NCBI GenBank assembly: GCA_038250445.1
Contig: JBBSCI010000002.1
Location: forward strand, 1 to 42,837
DNA length: 42,837 nt
Direction of reading: 5' to 3'
Origin: Candidatus Limnocylindrales bacterium
GTDB lineage: Bacteria; Chloroflexota; Limnocylindria; Limnocylindrales; CSP1-4
Under the pieces are notes generated by a model. That model saw only the letters and a list, made by a program, of their open reading frames with translations, was not told where the DNA came from and ran no database searches. Shown here one piece after another: positions 28,184 to 38,295 of this stretch. The position numbers and the translations under genes are program-made. Each line of letters begins with the position of its first letter. Position 1 is the first letter of the stretch.

Positions 28184-28213
28184 TTACACAGCGGCTAGGT
28201 GGCGCGCTAGTAT
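28184..28213 (+). promoter_or_regulatory. Candidate sigma-70-like promoter for the second Opp/Dpp system
   Basis: TTACAC (28184-28189), an 18-nt spacer, then TAGTAT (28208-28213), about 90 nt upstream of ATG 28301 in a locally less GC-rich spacer. Confidence 0.35.
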
Positions 28214-28300
28214 TCGCGCCGACCGTCCCGACCCTCACGGCGGACCGCGTATCGCGTGGTCGTCCAGCGGGTCGAGCATGGACAAGTAGGAGGAGGATTC

Positions 28301-30025
28301 ATGGTGCGTCTACGAATCGGGGCGCTAGCCGCCGCGACCGCGATCCTGTTCGCGGCCTGCGGTGGGGCAGCGTCCCCGTCGCCATCGGCCAGCAGTCCGG
28401 GGGCCAGCGCGTCGGCTTCCGGCAGCGCCAGCGCGGAGCCGTCGGCCTCGGCGAGCGCGGCAATGAAGGAAGGCGGCTCGATCGTCGTCGGGCTCCCGGG
28501 CGACATGGTCCTCGCGGATCCGTCGCTCGTCAGTGACAGCAACTCGTCGTCCATCCAGCTGAACGTCATCGAGGGCCTCCTCGGCGTCAAGGCCGGGACC
28601 CTCGCCGACATCGAGCCGGTGCTCGCCGAGAGCGTTCCGACGCCGAGCGCGGACGGCTTGACCTACACGTTCAAGCTCCGGACCGGCATCAAGTTCCACG
28701 ACGGGACGGACTTCAACGCCGACGCCGTCGTCTACAACTACGAGCGCCAGAAGAACGCCCCGGCGGCGCTTCGCGACGCTTATAACTACTACTTCGGCGC
28801 CGTCTTCGGCTGGGCCGAGAAGTCGAACCTCGTGTCGGTCAAGGCGATCGACGCCACGACCGTCGAATTCAAGCTCAAGACGCCCCAGTCGAACTTCCTC
28901 ATCGCCCAGGCGCCCCTCCCGCAGTTCGGGATCCAGAGCCCGACGGCCCTGAAGGCCGGCGACGCGGACAACGCGGATCCGAGCAAGAGCCCGTATGCAC
29001 AGGGCCAGGGCAACGGCATGGTCGGGACTGGGCCCTTCAAGTTCAAGGAATGGGTTCCGAACGATCACACGACGATCGTGAAGAACGCCGACTACTGGAA
29101 CAAAGAGCGGGTCCCGCACCTCGACGAGGTGATCTTCAAGCCGTACGCCGACCAGGCGGCCGAGCTCAACGCGCTCGAGGCGGGCGACATCGATTTCGCC
29201 CAGACGATCGCTCCGAACGACATCGCATCGCTCAGCTCGAACGCCGATTTCCAGGTCGTCGATCGCGGCGAGTCCTGCAACTACGGTGGCCTGCAGTTCA
29301 ACCAGACCCACAAGCCGCTGGACAACCCGCACATCCGCAAGGCCATCGCGTACGCGGTGAACAAGCAGAGCTACATCGACACGTTCTATGCGGGGCTTGC
29401 AGAGCCGGCCGACAACTGGATGCCGCCTGCAACCACGTACTACAAGGCCCTCGGCCTGCCGACCTACGACGTGCAGAAGGCCAAGGAAGAGGTCACCGCA
29501 TCCGGGTTGTCGGGCGCTGCCCTGACGCTCGAGTTCTGGTATCCGTCCGATGTCGCCCGACCGTACATGCCTGACCCGAAGGGCCTGGCAGAGGCGATCG
29601 CCAGCGACCTCGAGGCGGTCGGGTTCACGGTCAACTTCAAGACCGCCGGCTGGCGGACGGGCTACCTGGCCGACGAGGCCGTCGGGAAGTACCCGATGTG
29701 GCTCCTCGGCTGGACCTGTGACTGGCCGGGACCGGACAACTTCCTCGTCACCGCGTTCTTCCACTTCGACGGGGACAAGCCCGGACCCGAGTTCGCGTAC
29801 GGTCCTCCGGCGCTGAAGGCAGCCTTCGACAAGGGCCTGTCGGCAGCCTCGGATGCGGACGCGAAGACGGCCTGGGATGCGGCGCAGGACATCCTCGCCG
29901 CGGATCTCCCGACCGTTCCGCTCGTCCATTCGAAGCCGCCGGCGGCGGCGAGCGCCGACATCAAGGGCTTCCTCGGTGCCGGTAACCTCAATGAGCCGTT
30001 CTATCCGGTCTGGCTCGACCGCTAG
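28301..30025 (+). CDS. ABC transporter substrate-binding lipoprotein, family 5 (Dpp/Opp type), system 2
   Basis: RBS AGGAGGAGGA, then ATG 28301. Signal MVRLRIGALAAATAILFAAC. TYTFKLRTGIKFHDGTDFNADAVVYNY and WNKERVPHLDEVIFKP. This SBP belongs to a different subfamily from the two upstream SBPs. Confidence 0.9.
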   Translation: MVRLRIGALAAATAILFAACGGAASPSPSASSPGASASASGSASAEPSASASAAMKEGGSIVVGLPGDMVLADPSLVSDSNSSSIQLNVIEGLLGVKAGTLADIEPVLAESVPTPSADGLTYTFKLRTGIKFHDGTDFNADAVVYNYERQKNAPAALRDAYNYYFGAVFGWAEKSNLVSVKAIDATTVEFKLKTPQSNFLIAQAPLPQFGIQSPTALKAGDADNADPSKSPYAQGQGNGMVGTGPFKFKEWVPNDHTTIVKNADYWNKERVPHLDEVIFKPYADQAAELNALEAGDIDFAQTIAPNDIASLSSNADFQVVDRGESCNYGGLQFNQTHKPLDNPHIRKAIAYAVNKQSYIDTFYAGLAEPADNWMPPATTYYKALGLPTYDVQKAKEEVTASGLSGAALTLEFWYPSDVARPYMPDPKGLAEAIASDLEAVGFTVNFKTAGWRTGYLADEAVGKYPMWLLGWTCDWPGPDNFLVTAFFHFDGDKPGPEFAYGPPALKAAFDKGLSAASDADAKTAWDAAQDILAADLPTVPLVHSKPPAAASADIKGFLGAGNLNEPFYPVWLDR

Positions 30026-30035
30026 TCAAGTGCCT

Positions 30036-30100
30036 CGCCGCCCTACGGGCGGCGTCGGCGGTGCGCTACAGTCCCCCTGGGGCCTTCAGGCCCCGGGGGG
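30036..30100 (+). terminator. Two GC hairpins between SBP and permease genes, system 2
   Basis: CGCCGCCC-tac-GGGCGGCG (30036-30054) and CCCCCTGGGGCC-ttca-GGCCCCGGGGGG (30073-30100, one G:T pair). Confidence 0.45.
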
Positions 30101-30133
30101 ATTCCTCCATCCGGGAGAGGCCACGACCCACCC

Positions 30134-31138
30134 GTGCTGAAGTACGTCGTCCGCAGGCTGCTCGCGGCGATCCCCGTCTTGTTCGGCCTGTCCATCGTGG
30201 TCTTCGCGTTCGTCCACCTGCTGCCCGGGGACCCGGTTGCGGCGCTGCTCGGCCAGCACGCGACGCCTGAGCTTCGCGAGGAGATCAGGATCCAGATGGG
30301 GCTCGACAAGCCCCTCTACGAGCAGTACTTCATCTATCTCAACCAGCTCGCCCACGGCGACCTCGGCAAGAGCGTCATCAACAACCGCCCGGTCATCGAG
30401 GAACTCGGCCGGCGGTTCCCGGCGACCGTCGAACTGACAGCGGCGGCGCTGTTGTTCGCCATCGGGCTGGGCATTCCGCTCGGCAGGCTCGCCGCCCGGT
30501 TCCCGCAGCGCTGGCCGGATGCCGTCGTAACCGTGATCTCTCTGCTGGGCATCTCGATCCCGATCTTCGTCCTCGGCTATACACTCCAGTTCTTCTTCGC
30601 GGCCAGCCTCCAGTGGCTGCCGGCCACGGGCCGGATCAACCCGCGGCTCGGACTCGACGTCGTCACGAACCTGATGCTCGTCGATACGCTGCTCGCCGGC
30701 AAACTCGAGTGGTTCGCCGATGCCCTCCTGCATCTGATCCTGCCGGCGATCGCCCTCGGCTCGATTCCGCTCGCGATCATCACCCGGATCACGCGGGCGG
30801 CCGTCCTCGACGTTTCGAACGAGGACTACGTGCGGACGGCCCGGGCCAAGGGCCTGGCCGAGCGGCGGGTCGATAGCCGGCACATCATGCGCAACGCCTG
30901 GCTGCCGGTCGTGACGGTCATCGGTCTGCAGGTGGGCGGACTGCTCGCCGGCGCGGTCATCACCGAGACGGTCTTCTCGTGGAATGGCGTGGGGAGCTAC
31001 ATCGTCAACGCGATCCAGGATCACGACTATCTCGTGGTCCAGTCGACGATCCTCATCTTCGCCCTGATCTTCCTGGTCGTGAATCTGGGCGTCGACATCG
31101 CCTACGCCTTCCTCAACCCCCGGATCCGGTACACCTGA
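30134..31138 (+). CDS. Opp/Dpp-type ABC permease (DppB-like), system 2
   Basis: MLKYVVRRLLAAIPVLFGLSIVVFAFVHLLPGDP. NEDYVRTARAKGLAERRVDSRHIMRNAWLPVVT. Confidence 0.92.
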   Translation: MLKYVVRRLLAAIPVLFGLSIVVFAFVHLLPGDPVAALLGQHATPELREEIRIQMGLDKPLYEQYFIYLNQLAHGDLGKSVINNRPVIEELGRRFPATVELTAAALLFAIGLGIPLGRLAARFPQRWPDAVVTVISLLGISIPIFVLGYTLQFFFAASLQWLPATGRINPRLGLDVVTNLMLVDTLLAGKLEWFADALLHLILPAIALGSIPLAIITRITRAAVLDVSNEDYVRTARAKGLAERRVDSRHIMRNAWLPVVTVIGLQVGGLLAGAVITETVFSWNGVGSYIVNAIQDHDYLVVQSTILIFALIFLVVNLGVDIAYAFLNPRIRYT

Positions 31139-31139
31139 G

Positions 31140-32033
31140 ATGACCACTCCGGCCACGACCGTCGGCACCGTTGCCGCTCCGCGCGCGAGCCGCGGCCTGT
31201 GGGGCGATGCCCTTCGCCGGCTCCTCCGCAATCGGCCGGCGCTCTTTGGCCTCGCGATCATCCTGCTCTTCGTCGTCCTGGCGATCCTCGCCCCGGTGAT
31301 CGCGCCGTACGACCCGCTCGATCGCGACCCAGGCCAGGTCTTCAAGCCGCCGAGCGCCGCCCACATCATGGGGACCGACAAGCAGACCCACGACATGTTC
31401 AGCAGGATCCTGTTCGGCGCCCAGATCAGCCTGTTCGTGGGGGTCGTGTCGGTCGTGATGGGCCTCGCGATGGGCGGCACGATCGGGGCGGTCGCCGGGG
31501 CGTTCGGGGGGCGGGTCGATTCGGTCCTCATGCGGATCGTCGACGTCCTGCTGGCGATCCCGGGCATCCTGCTCGCGATCGGGATCGTCGTCTGGCTGGA
31601 CCGCGGGCTGCTCCAGATCATGTTCGCCGTCGCCGCGACGAATGCCCCGATCTTCGCCCGGATCCTGCGCGGCAGCATGCTGGCCCTCCGCGAATCGGAC
31701 TACGTGACGGCCGCCCGCTCGATCGGGGCTCCGACCGGCCGGATCCTCCTGCGCCACATGCTGCCGAACGCGCTGACCCCGATCATCGTCGCGAGCACGC
31801 TCGCGCTGGCGACGGCGATCATCGATGTCGCGGGTCTCGGGTTCCTCGGTCTCGGCCCGGCTGATCCGCGGACGGCCGAATGGGGGACGATGCTGACGGG
31901 CGCGTCGAGCTACTACCGCCAGGCGCCGTGGATCATCTTCTTCACCGGCGCCGCCATCTCGCTGAGCGCGATCGGGTTCAACCTCCTCGGCGACGGCCTC
32001 CGTGAGTCGCTCGACCCGCGGTTGAAGCGCTGA
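31140..32033 (+). CDS. Opp/Dpp-type ABC permease (DppC-like), system 2
   Basis: LRRLLRNRPALFGLAIILLFVVLAI. RESDYVTAARSIGAPTGRILLRHMLPNALTPIIV. Confidence 0.92.
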   Translation: MTTPATTVGTVAAPRASRGLWGDALRRLLRNRPALFGLAIILLFVVLAILAPVIAPYDPLDRDPGQVFKPPSAAHIMGTDKQTHDMFSRILFGAQISLFVGVVSVVMGLAMGGTIGAVAGAFGGRVDSVLMRIVDVLLAIPGILLAIGIVVWLDRGLLQIMFAVAATNAPIFARILRGSMLALRESDYVTAARSIGAPTGRILLRHMLPNALTPIIVASTLALATAIIDVAGLGFLGLGPADPRTAEWGTMLTGASSYYRQAPWIIFFTGAAISLSAIGFNLLGDGLRESLDPRLKR

Positions 32034-33139
32034 TGGCCCTCCTGTCGGTCGACGACCTTGTCGTTCGGTTTCGCACGCACGAGGGAACGATCTACGCGGT
32101 GAACGGCGTGACGTTCGACGTTGAGCCCGGCGAGCGGCTCGGCCTCGTCGGCGAGTCCGGCTGCGGTAAGAGCGTCACGAATCTCGCGGTCATGCGGCTG
32201 CTGCCGAAGCCTGCCGGAAGGATCGAGCGTGGCTCGGTCGTCTTCGACGGGCTCGATCTCGCGACGCTGCCCGAGAGCGACATGCGCGACATCCGCGGCC
32301 GCGACATCGCGATGATCTTCCAGGACCCGATGACCAGCCTCAACCCGGTCCTCCGGATCGAGGAGCAGATGGTCGAAACGATCCGGGCCCATCGCAAGAT
32401 GAGCGTCCAGGACGCCCGCAAGCGGGCCGCCGAGCTGCTCGGAATGGTCGGCATCCCGCGGCCGGAGAGCCGGCTGCGTGACTACCCGCACCAGTTCTCG
32501 GGCGGGATGCGCCAGCGCGTGATGATCGCGATGGCGCTGGCGCTCGACCCGAAGCTGATGATCGCCGACGAGCCGACGACGGCCCTTGACGTGACGATCC
32601 AGGCCCAGGTGCTCGAGCTGCTGCGCCATCTGACGACCGACTCCGGCACCGCGCTCATCCTCATCACCCATGACCTCGGCGTCGTCGCCGGCATGACCCA
32701 GCGGATCAACGTCATGTACGCGGGTTACATCGTCGAGACGGCGACGACCGAGGAGCTCTTCGCCACGCCGTCGCATCCCTACACCGTCGGCCTGCTCCAT
32801 TCGATTCCGCGGCTCGATGAGGTCCGGCCGGAAGAGCTCGTCCCGATCGAGGGCACGCCGCCCGACCAGCGCCGGGAGCCCGTCGGCTGCCCGTTCGCGC
32901 CGCGCTGTGCCTGGCGGCTGCCGGTCTGCTGGACCGACAACCCCGAGCTCATCCCGCTCGAGGCCGGCGTCACCGTGAAGACCTCCGGCCCGGAGGCGAC
33001 CCATCGCGTCGCCTGCCACAATCGGCCGACCGCGGCTGAGGCGGAAGCCGGCCGACCGCTGCGCGAGGGTTTCGTCCCGGCGCCGCCGCCGGGCTCGGTC
33101 ATCGAGGAGCTCCAGCCGACCGAGGAGGTCGTGGCATGA
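32033..33139 (+). CDS. Opp/Dpp-type ABC ATP-binding protein (DppD-like), system 2
   Basis: [37 protein letters not shown]-terminal GCPFAPRC...C...CH. Confidence 0.93.
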   Translation: MALLSVDDLVVRFRTHEGTIYAVNGVTFDVEPGERLGLVGESGCGKSVTNLAVMRLLPKPAGRIERGSVVFDGLDLATLPESDMRDIRGRDIAMIFQDPMTSLNPVLRIEEQMVETIRAHRKMSVQDARKRAAELLGMVGIPRPESRLRDYPHQFSGGMRQRVMIAMALALDPKLMIADEPTTALDVTIQAQVLELLRHLTTDSGTALILITHDLGVVAGMTQRINVMYAGYIVETATTEELFATPSHPYTVGLLHSIPRLDEVRPEELVPIEGTPPDQRREPVGCPFAPRCAWRLPVCWTDNPELIPLEAGVTVKTSGPEATHRVACHNRPTAAEAEAGRPLREGFVPAPPPGSVIEELQPTEEVVA

Positions 33140-34350
33140 CGATGCCGGCCGGCGGAGCGCCCGTGCCGTCGCAGGCAGCAGCCGGCGAGACGCTCGTCGA
33201 CGTCCGGGACCTGAAGGTCTGGTTCCCGATCACGTCGGGCATCGTCTTCGAGCGACACATCGGCGACGTGCGGGCTGTCGACGGCGTCAGCTTCAGCCTC
33301 GCCCGGGGCGAAACGCTGGGGCTCGTCGGGGAGTCCGGCTGCGGCAAGAGCACGACGGGGCGGGCAATGATCCGCCTGCTGGAGCCGACTGAGGGTTCGA
33401 TCACGTTCGACGGGATCGACATCGCGAGTCTCAGCAAGAGCGAGCTGCGCAAGACGCGGCGCCGCATGCAGATGATCTTCCAGGACCCGTATTCGAGCCT
33501 GAATCCGCGAATGACGGCAGGCGGGATCATCGGCGAGCCGCTCGACATTCACGACATCGGCAGCAAGCAGGAGCGCCACGTGCGGGTCCGCGAGCTGCTC
33601 TCGACGGTCGGGCTCAACCCGGACTTTGCCGAGCGCTACCCGCACGAGTTCTCCGGCGGCCAGCGGCAGCGGATCGGCGTCGCCCGATCGCTGGCCGTGA
33701 ACCCTGACCTCATCGTCGCCGACGAGCCGATCAGCGCCCTCGACGTCTCGATCCAGGCCCAGATCATCAACCTCCTCGAGCGGCTCCAGGGCGAATTCGG
33801 GCTCACGTACCTGTTCATCGCCCACGACCTGTCGGTCGTCCGCCACATCAGCGATCGGATCGCGGTGATGTACCTCGGGCGGATCGTCGAGGTCGCGAGC
33901 TCGCGCGATCTCAATCGGTTCCCGTTCCATCCCTACACCGTCGCGCTGCTCTCGGCGATCCCGATCCCGGACCCGGTCGTCGAGTCGCGACGCCGGCGGA
34001 TCATCCTCCGCGGCGACGTTCCCTCGCCGGTTGCCCCGCCGTCCGGCTGCCGCTTCCACACGCGGTGCTGGCTCCGCGACCGCCTTGGCAATCCCGAGGA
34101 GTGCGTGACGGACGACCCGGCGCTCAGGGTGATCGCCACCGGCCACGAGGTCGCCTGCCACTTCGCTGAGAAGGTCGACGGCTCGGCCGAGCAGTTGCAG
34201 GCGACGGGCCGCGCCTCGGCGAGCGCCCCGGCGGCACCCGGGACCGCGCCCGCCTCGGTCGTGGCCGACGAGCGTCCGTCCGAGGCCCCGACGGCGCTCG
34301 GCGAGGCGCTGCCGGACGTCCCGACAGAGGTGGACCAGACGCCGACCTGA
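33136..34350 (+). CDS. Opp/Dpp-type ABC ATP-binding protein (DppF-like), system 2
   Basis: ATG 33136 overlaps the upstream stop. [44 protein letters not shown]...C...CHF, and an Ala/Pro-rich C-terminal tail. Confidence 0.93.
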   Translation: MTMPAGGAPVPSQAAAGETLVDVRDLKVWFPITSGIVFERHIGDVRAVDGVSFSLARGETLGLVGESGCGKSTTGRAMIRLLEPTEGSITFDGIDIASLSKSELRKTRRRMQMIFQDPYSSLNPRMTAGGIIGEPLDIHDIGSKQERHVRVRELLSTVGLNPDFAERYPHEFSGGQRQRIGVARSLAVNPDLIVADEPISALDVSIQAQIINLLERLQGEFGLTYLFIAHDLSVVRHISDRIAVMYLGRIVEVASSRDLNRFPFHPYTVALLSAIPIPDPVVESRRRRIILRGDVPSPVAPPSGCRFHTRCWLRDRLGNPEECVTDDPALRVIATGHEVACHFAEKVDGSAEQLQATGRASASAPAAPGTAPASVVADERPSEAPTALGEALPDVPTEVDQTPT

Positions 34351-34410
34351 GGGTGCGCATCGGGCGTCTCGCGCGGTGCCCGGCCCGGCCTCTGCCGCTA
34401 TGCTCCGCTC

Positions 34411-35379
34411 GTGAAGCCACTCCGGATCGCCCTCGCCCAGATCGCACCGCGGCTCGGCTTGTTCGACGAGAACCTGGCCCTGCACCACGAGCTCATCCGC
34501 GAGGCACGGGACAAGGGCGCCGGCCTCGTCGTCTTTCCCGAGCTCGGTCTGACGGGCTACCTGCTCCAGGATCTCGCGTCAGAGGTCGCGATCCGGCTGG
34601 ACGACCCCCGACTCGCGACGCTCGCGGCCCTCACCGATGGGCTGTCGGCGGTCGTCTCGTTCGTCGAGGAGTCGGCCGATCATCGGCTGTTCATCGCGGC
34701 GGCGCTGCTCGAGGACGGCCAGATCCGGCACGTCCACCGCAAGCTCTTCCTGCCCACGTACGGCCTCTTCGACGAGCGGCGGTTCTTCGCCGCGGGCGAT
34801 CTCCTGCGGGCGACGCCGTCGCGGCTCGGGGTCGGGATCGGACTCGCGGTCTGCGAGGACTTCTGGCACCTGTCGGTCGCCCAGCTCCTGGCCCTCGACG
34901 GGGCCCAGATGCTGATCAACGTCTCGTCATCGCCCGGGCGAGACCTGGCCGCGACGAACGAGGTCGGTCTCGGGACGGCGACCTCCTGGCGCAACCTCAT
35001 GCGGACGTACGCCCAGCTGACGACGTCGTTCGTCGTCTTCTGCAATCGCGTCGGGATCGACGAATCGATCTCGTTCTGGGGCGGCTCCGAGGTGATCGCG
35101 CCGAGCGGCGAAGCGCTGTTCTCGGCGCCGTTCTTCGAGGAGGGCCTGTTCATGGCCGACGTCTCGCTGGCCGATATCCGTCGCGAGCGGGTTGCCCTCC
35201 CGTTGCTCCGCGACGAGCGGCCGGAGCTGCACGTGCGCGAGCTGGCGCGGATCGTGGCTGAGCGCGCCGGTCTCGAGTCCGACACGACGGCCGAGGACGG
35301 TGCCGAGCCGGGCCTCGACGTGGCACCGGGCGACCCGATCCTGCGCCCAATCGGCTTCCGCCCGGGTGCCCGGCGGTGA
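34411..35379 (+). CDS. Carbon-nitrogen hydrolase (nitrilase superfamily), likely glutaminase subunit of NAD synthetase
   Basis: Candidate E-K-C triad contexts: LVVFPELGLTGY, HRKLFLPTYGLFDE, GLAVCEDFWH. The stop overlaps the nadE start (GTGA). Confidence 0.85.
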   Translation: MKPLRIALAQIAPRLGLFDENLALHHELIREARDKGAGLVVFPELGLTGYLLQDLASEVAIRLDDPRLATLAALTDGLSAVVSFVEESADHRLFIAAALLEDGQIRHVHRKLFLPTYGLFDERRFFAAGDLLRATPSRLGVGIGLAVCEDFWHLSVAQLLALDGAQMLINVSSSPGRDLAATNEVGLGTATSWRNLMRTYAQLTTSFVVFCNRVGIDESISFWGGSEVIAPSGEALFSAPFFEEGLFMADVSLADIRRERVALPLLRDERPELHVRELARIVAERAGLESDTTAEDGAEPGLDVAPGDPILRPIGFRPGARR

Positions 35380-36257
35380 CCGCCGTGCCGGCAGCAATCG
35401 ATACGGGCGGGCTGTACGAGCTTCCGACCGAGCTCGCGATCGACACCGCCGTCGCCCGACGCGTCATCGGGCAGTTCATCCGCGGCCAGCTCCGCCAGGC
35501 GGGCTTCGAGCGGGCGGTCCTCGGCCTGTCGGGCGGGATCGATTCGGCGCTCGTCGCCTACCTGACCGCCGAGGCGATCGGCGCCGAGAAATTGTTCTGC
35601 GTGATGATGCCGTATCGGACCTCATCGCCCGCCTCGCGAGCCGATGCCGAGGAGGTCGTCCGGCGCCTCGGGGCCGCAACTGAGGTCGTGGACATCAGCC
35701 CAATGGTCGACTCGTTCTTCGCCGACGATCCCGACGCGACGCCACTTCGCCGCGGCAACCTCATGGCCCGCCAGCGGATGGCGGTCCTCTACGATCGGTC
35801 GGTCACCTGGGGCGGGCTGGTCGTCGGGACCGGCAACAAGACCGAGTCGCTCATCGGCTACACGACGCTGTTTGGCGACAACGCCTGCGCGTTCAATCCG
35901 ATCGGCGATCTTTACAAAAGCCAGGTCCGCCAGATCGCGGCGGCGATGGGGGTGCCGGAGGAGATCATCACGAAGGCCCCCTCGGCCGACCTCTGGCCGG
36001 GCCAGACCGACGAGACCGAAGCCGGGTTCTCATATCCGGTCCTCGATCGTCTCCTCTTCTGGCGGGTCGACAAGCGGCGCTCGATCGACGAGATGGTCGA
36101 GCTCGGGTTCGAAGCGGCGCTCGTCGAGCGGGTCGACCGGATGATCGCGACATCGGAGTTCAAGCGACAGGTGCCGCCGATCGCGAAGCTGGGACCACGG
36201 ACCGCGGGCGTCGACTACCTGTATCCGCGACGTCGTCCCGGCTCCAGGCACGGGTGA
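35376..36257 (+). CDS. nadE: NAD+ synthetase (synthetase domain)
   Basis: PP-loop VLGLSGGIDSALVA, GTGNKTESLIGYTTLFGD, LYKSQVRQIA, KAPSADLWPGQTDE. Confidence 0.92.
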   Translation: MTAVPAAIDTGGLYELPTELAIDTAVARRVIGQFIRGQLRQAGFERAVLGLSGGIDSALVAYLTAEAIGAEKLFCVMMPYRTSSPASRADAEEVVRRLGAATEVVDISPMVDSFFADDPDATPLRRGNLMARQRMAVLYDRSVTWGGLVVGTGNKTESLIGYTTLFGDNACAFNPIGDLYKSQVRQIAAAMGVPEEIITKAPSADLWPGQTDETEAGFSYPVLDRLLFWRVDKRRSIDEMVELGFEAALVERVDRMIATSEFKRQVPPIAKLGPRTAGVDYLYPRRRPGSRHG

Positions 36258-36288
36258 TCCGGCCGACGCCGACCTGCTGCGCCGCCTG

Positions 36289-37152
36289 GTGAGTGGCGGC
36301 CGCCTGTTCATCGTCGCGACGCCGATCGGCAACCTGGGCGACGTGACGCTGCGGGCCCTCGAGGTTCTTCGCGCGGTCCCGCTCATCGCCGCCGAGGACA
36401 CCCGGGTCACGCGCCGATTGCTCGATCGGCACGGGGTCGAGACGCGCAGCATCAGCTACCACGCCCGCAGCGGCCCGGCGCGAACGACGGAACTCCTGGA
36501 TTACCTTCGCGGCGGCGAGGATCTCGCCCTCGTGACCGATGCCGGGACCCCGGGCGTCAGCGACCCCGGCGCCGAGCTCGCGGCCGCATGGGCAGCCGAG
36601 GGCGGCATGATCGTGCCGCTCCCGGGCGCGTCGGCGGTGCTCGCCGCCATTGCCGCGAGCAGCGTGGCCGGCTCGCGCTGGTCATTCGAGGGGTTCCTGC
36701 CGCGGAGTGGCCGGGAGCGACGGGAGCGGATCGCCCGGATTGCCGCAGATGAGCGGGGCACGGTCATCTACGAGGCGCCATCCCGCGTCGCCGCCACGTT
36801 GCGGGACCTCGCCGCGGCCTGCGGCCAGGAACGGACGGGGGCGATCTGCCGCGAGCTGACGAAACTCCACGAGGAGGTCGTCCGGGCACCAATCGGGGAG
36901 CTCGCGCGACGCGCGGCCGATGGCGAACTGACGCTTCGGGGCGAGTTCGCGATCGTCGTCGGCGAGCAGCTCGGGGGCCCGCCACGCAGCGCGACGACCG
37001 ACGCCGCGGCGGGCGCGGCGCTGGCGGCCGCCAGGGCCCACGTCGAGGACCTCATCGCGGCTGGGACCTCGCGGGGCGACGCCGCTCGCCGGGTGTCGGC
37101 GGCGACCGGAATCCCGCGCCGGCGCCTCTACGGAGCCCCCGAGAATCGCTAG
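36289..37152 (+). CDS. rsmI: 16S rRNA (cytidine1402-2'-O)-methyltransferase
   Basis: LFIVATPIGNLGDVTLRALEVLRAVPLIAAEDTRVTRRLL, DAGTPGVSDPG, FEGFLPR, YEAPSR. Confidence 0.9.
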   Translation: MSGGRLFIVATPIGNLGDVTLRALEVLRAVPLIAAEDTRVTRRLLDRHGVETRSISYHARSGPARTTELLDYLRGGEDLALVTDAGTPGVSDPGAELAAAWAAEGGMIVPLPGASAVLAAIAASSVAGSRWSFEGFLPRSGRERRERIARIAADERGTVIYEAPSRVAATLRDLAAACGQERTGAICRELTKLHEEVVRAPIGELARRAADGELTLRGEFAIVVGEQLGGPPRSATTDAAAGAALAAARAHVEDLIAAGTSRGDAARRVSAATGIPRRRLYGAPENR

Positions 37153-37161
37153 GATTCCGGG

Positions 37162-38295
37162 GTGACTGCTGCCCACCCGCCGGCTTCCGGCGAGATCCCG
37201 ATCCTTGGTCCGCTCGGCCCGATCACGAGGATCGCGCTGGTCGGGACAGTCGTCGTCTCGCTCGTCGCGATCGTCCTCGAGTTCGTCCTCCACCTCGATC
37301 CATCGCTCGTCTTCATCGTCTCGGCGGCGGCGATCCTCGGACTCGCCTGGGTCGTTGGCCTATCGACCGAGCGGCTCGGTGCGATCAGCGGCCCGCAGGT
37401 CGGCGGCATCCTCAACGCCACCTTCGGAAACATCGCCGAGCTGATCATCGCGTTCTTCGCCCTCCAGGCCGGGCTGATTGAAGTCGTCAAGGCGTCGATC
37501 ACCGGCTCGATCATCGGCAACCTCCTGTTCGTGCTCGGGGCAAGCGTGCTCCTGGGCGGCCTGAAGAACGGAACCCAGCACTTCAACCGGCAGGTCGCGG
37601 GCTCGAACGCCGCTCTCCTCGTCCTCGCCGCGATCGGGCTCTTCATTCCCGCGGTGTTCGCGTCGAGTACGGGCCGGCCGACGACCGGCGGCCTCGTCGA
37701 GGAGTCCACGCTCGTTGCCCTGCTCCTGATCGTCGGCTACATCGTCTCGCTTCTCTTCCAGTTCACGAACCCGGCCGAGACGCTCGGCGGTCACATGCCG
37801 GCGGAGGGCCACGGCGGTCCCGCGTGGACCGGCCACACGGCGGTCTTCGTCCTGCTCGGCGCGGCGGCCCTGCTGGCCGTCCTCTCGGAGATCCTGGTCG
37901 GCTCGATTGAGCCGTTCATCGAGAAGTTCGGCCTGTCCGAGTTCTTCGTCGGCGTGATCCTCATCCCGGCGATCGGCAACCTTGCCGAGCACATCGTCGC
38001 TGTCCAGCTCGCCTTCAAGAACAAGATGGAGTTCGCGATGGCGGTCAGCTTCGGGTCGAGCCTCCAGGTCGCGCTGTTCGTCGGACCCGTCCTGGTCCTG
38101 CTCGGTCTCCTCGTCGGCCAGCCGATGGATCTCGTCTTCCAGCCGCTCGAGGTCGCCGCCGTCGGCGTCGCCGTCGGGATCAGCGCCCTCATCGCCCTCG
38201 ATGGCGAGTCGAACTGGCTCGAAGGGGCGCTGCTGATACTCGTGTACATCATTCTGGCGGTGTCGTTCTTCGAATTCGTTGGCCCGCGGGTGTAA
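37162..38295 (+). CDS. cax: Ca2+/H+ antiporter (CaCA/CAX family)
   Basis: About 11 TM segments with the two alpha-repeat signatures GNIAELIIAFFAL and GNLAEHIVAVQLA. Confidence 0.88.
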   Translation: MTAAHPPASGEIPILGPLGPITRIALVGTVVVSLVAIVLEFVLHLDPSLVFIVSAAAILGLAWVVGLSTERLGAISGPQVGGILNATFGNIAELIIAFFALQAGLIEVVKASITGSIIGNLLFVLGASVLLGGLKNGTQHFNRQVAGSNAALLVLAAIGLFIPAVFASSTGRPTTGGLVEESTLVALLLIVGYIVSLLFQFTNPAETLGGHMPAEGHGGPAWTGHTAVFVLLGAAALLAVLSEILVGSIEPFIEKFGLSEFFVGVILIPAIGNLAEHIVAVQLAFKNKMEFAMAVSFGSSLQVALFVGPVLVLLGLLVGQPMDLVFQPLEVAAVGVAVGISALIALDGESNWLEGALLILVYIILAVSFFEFVGPRV

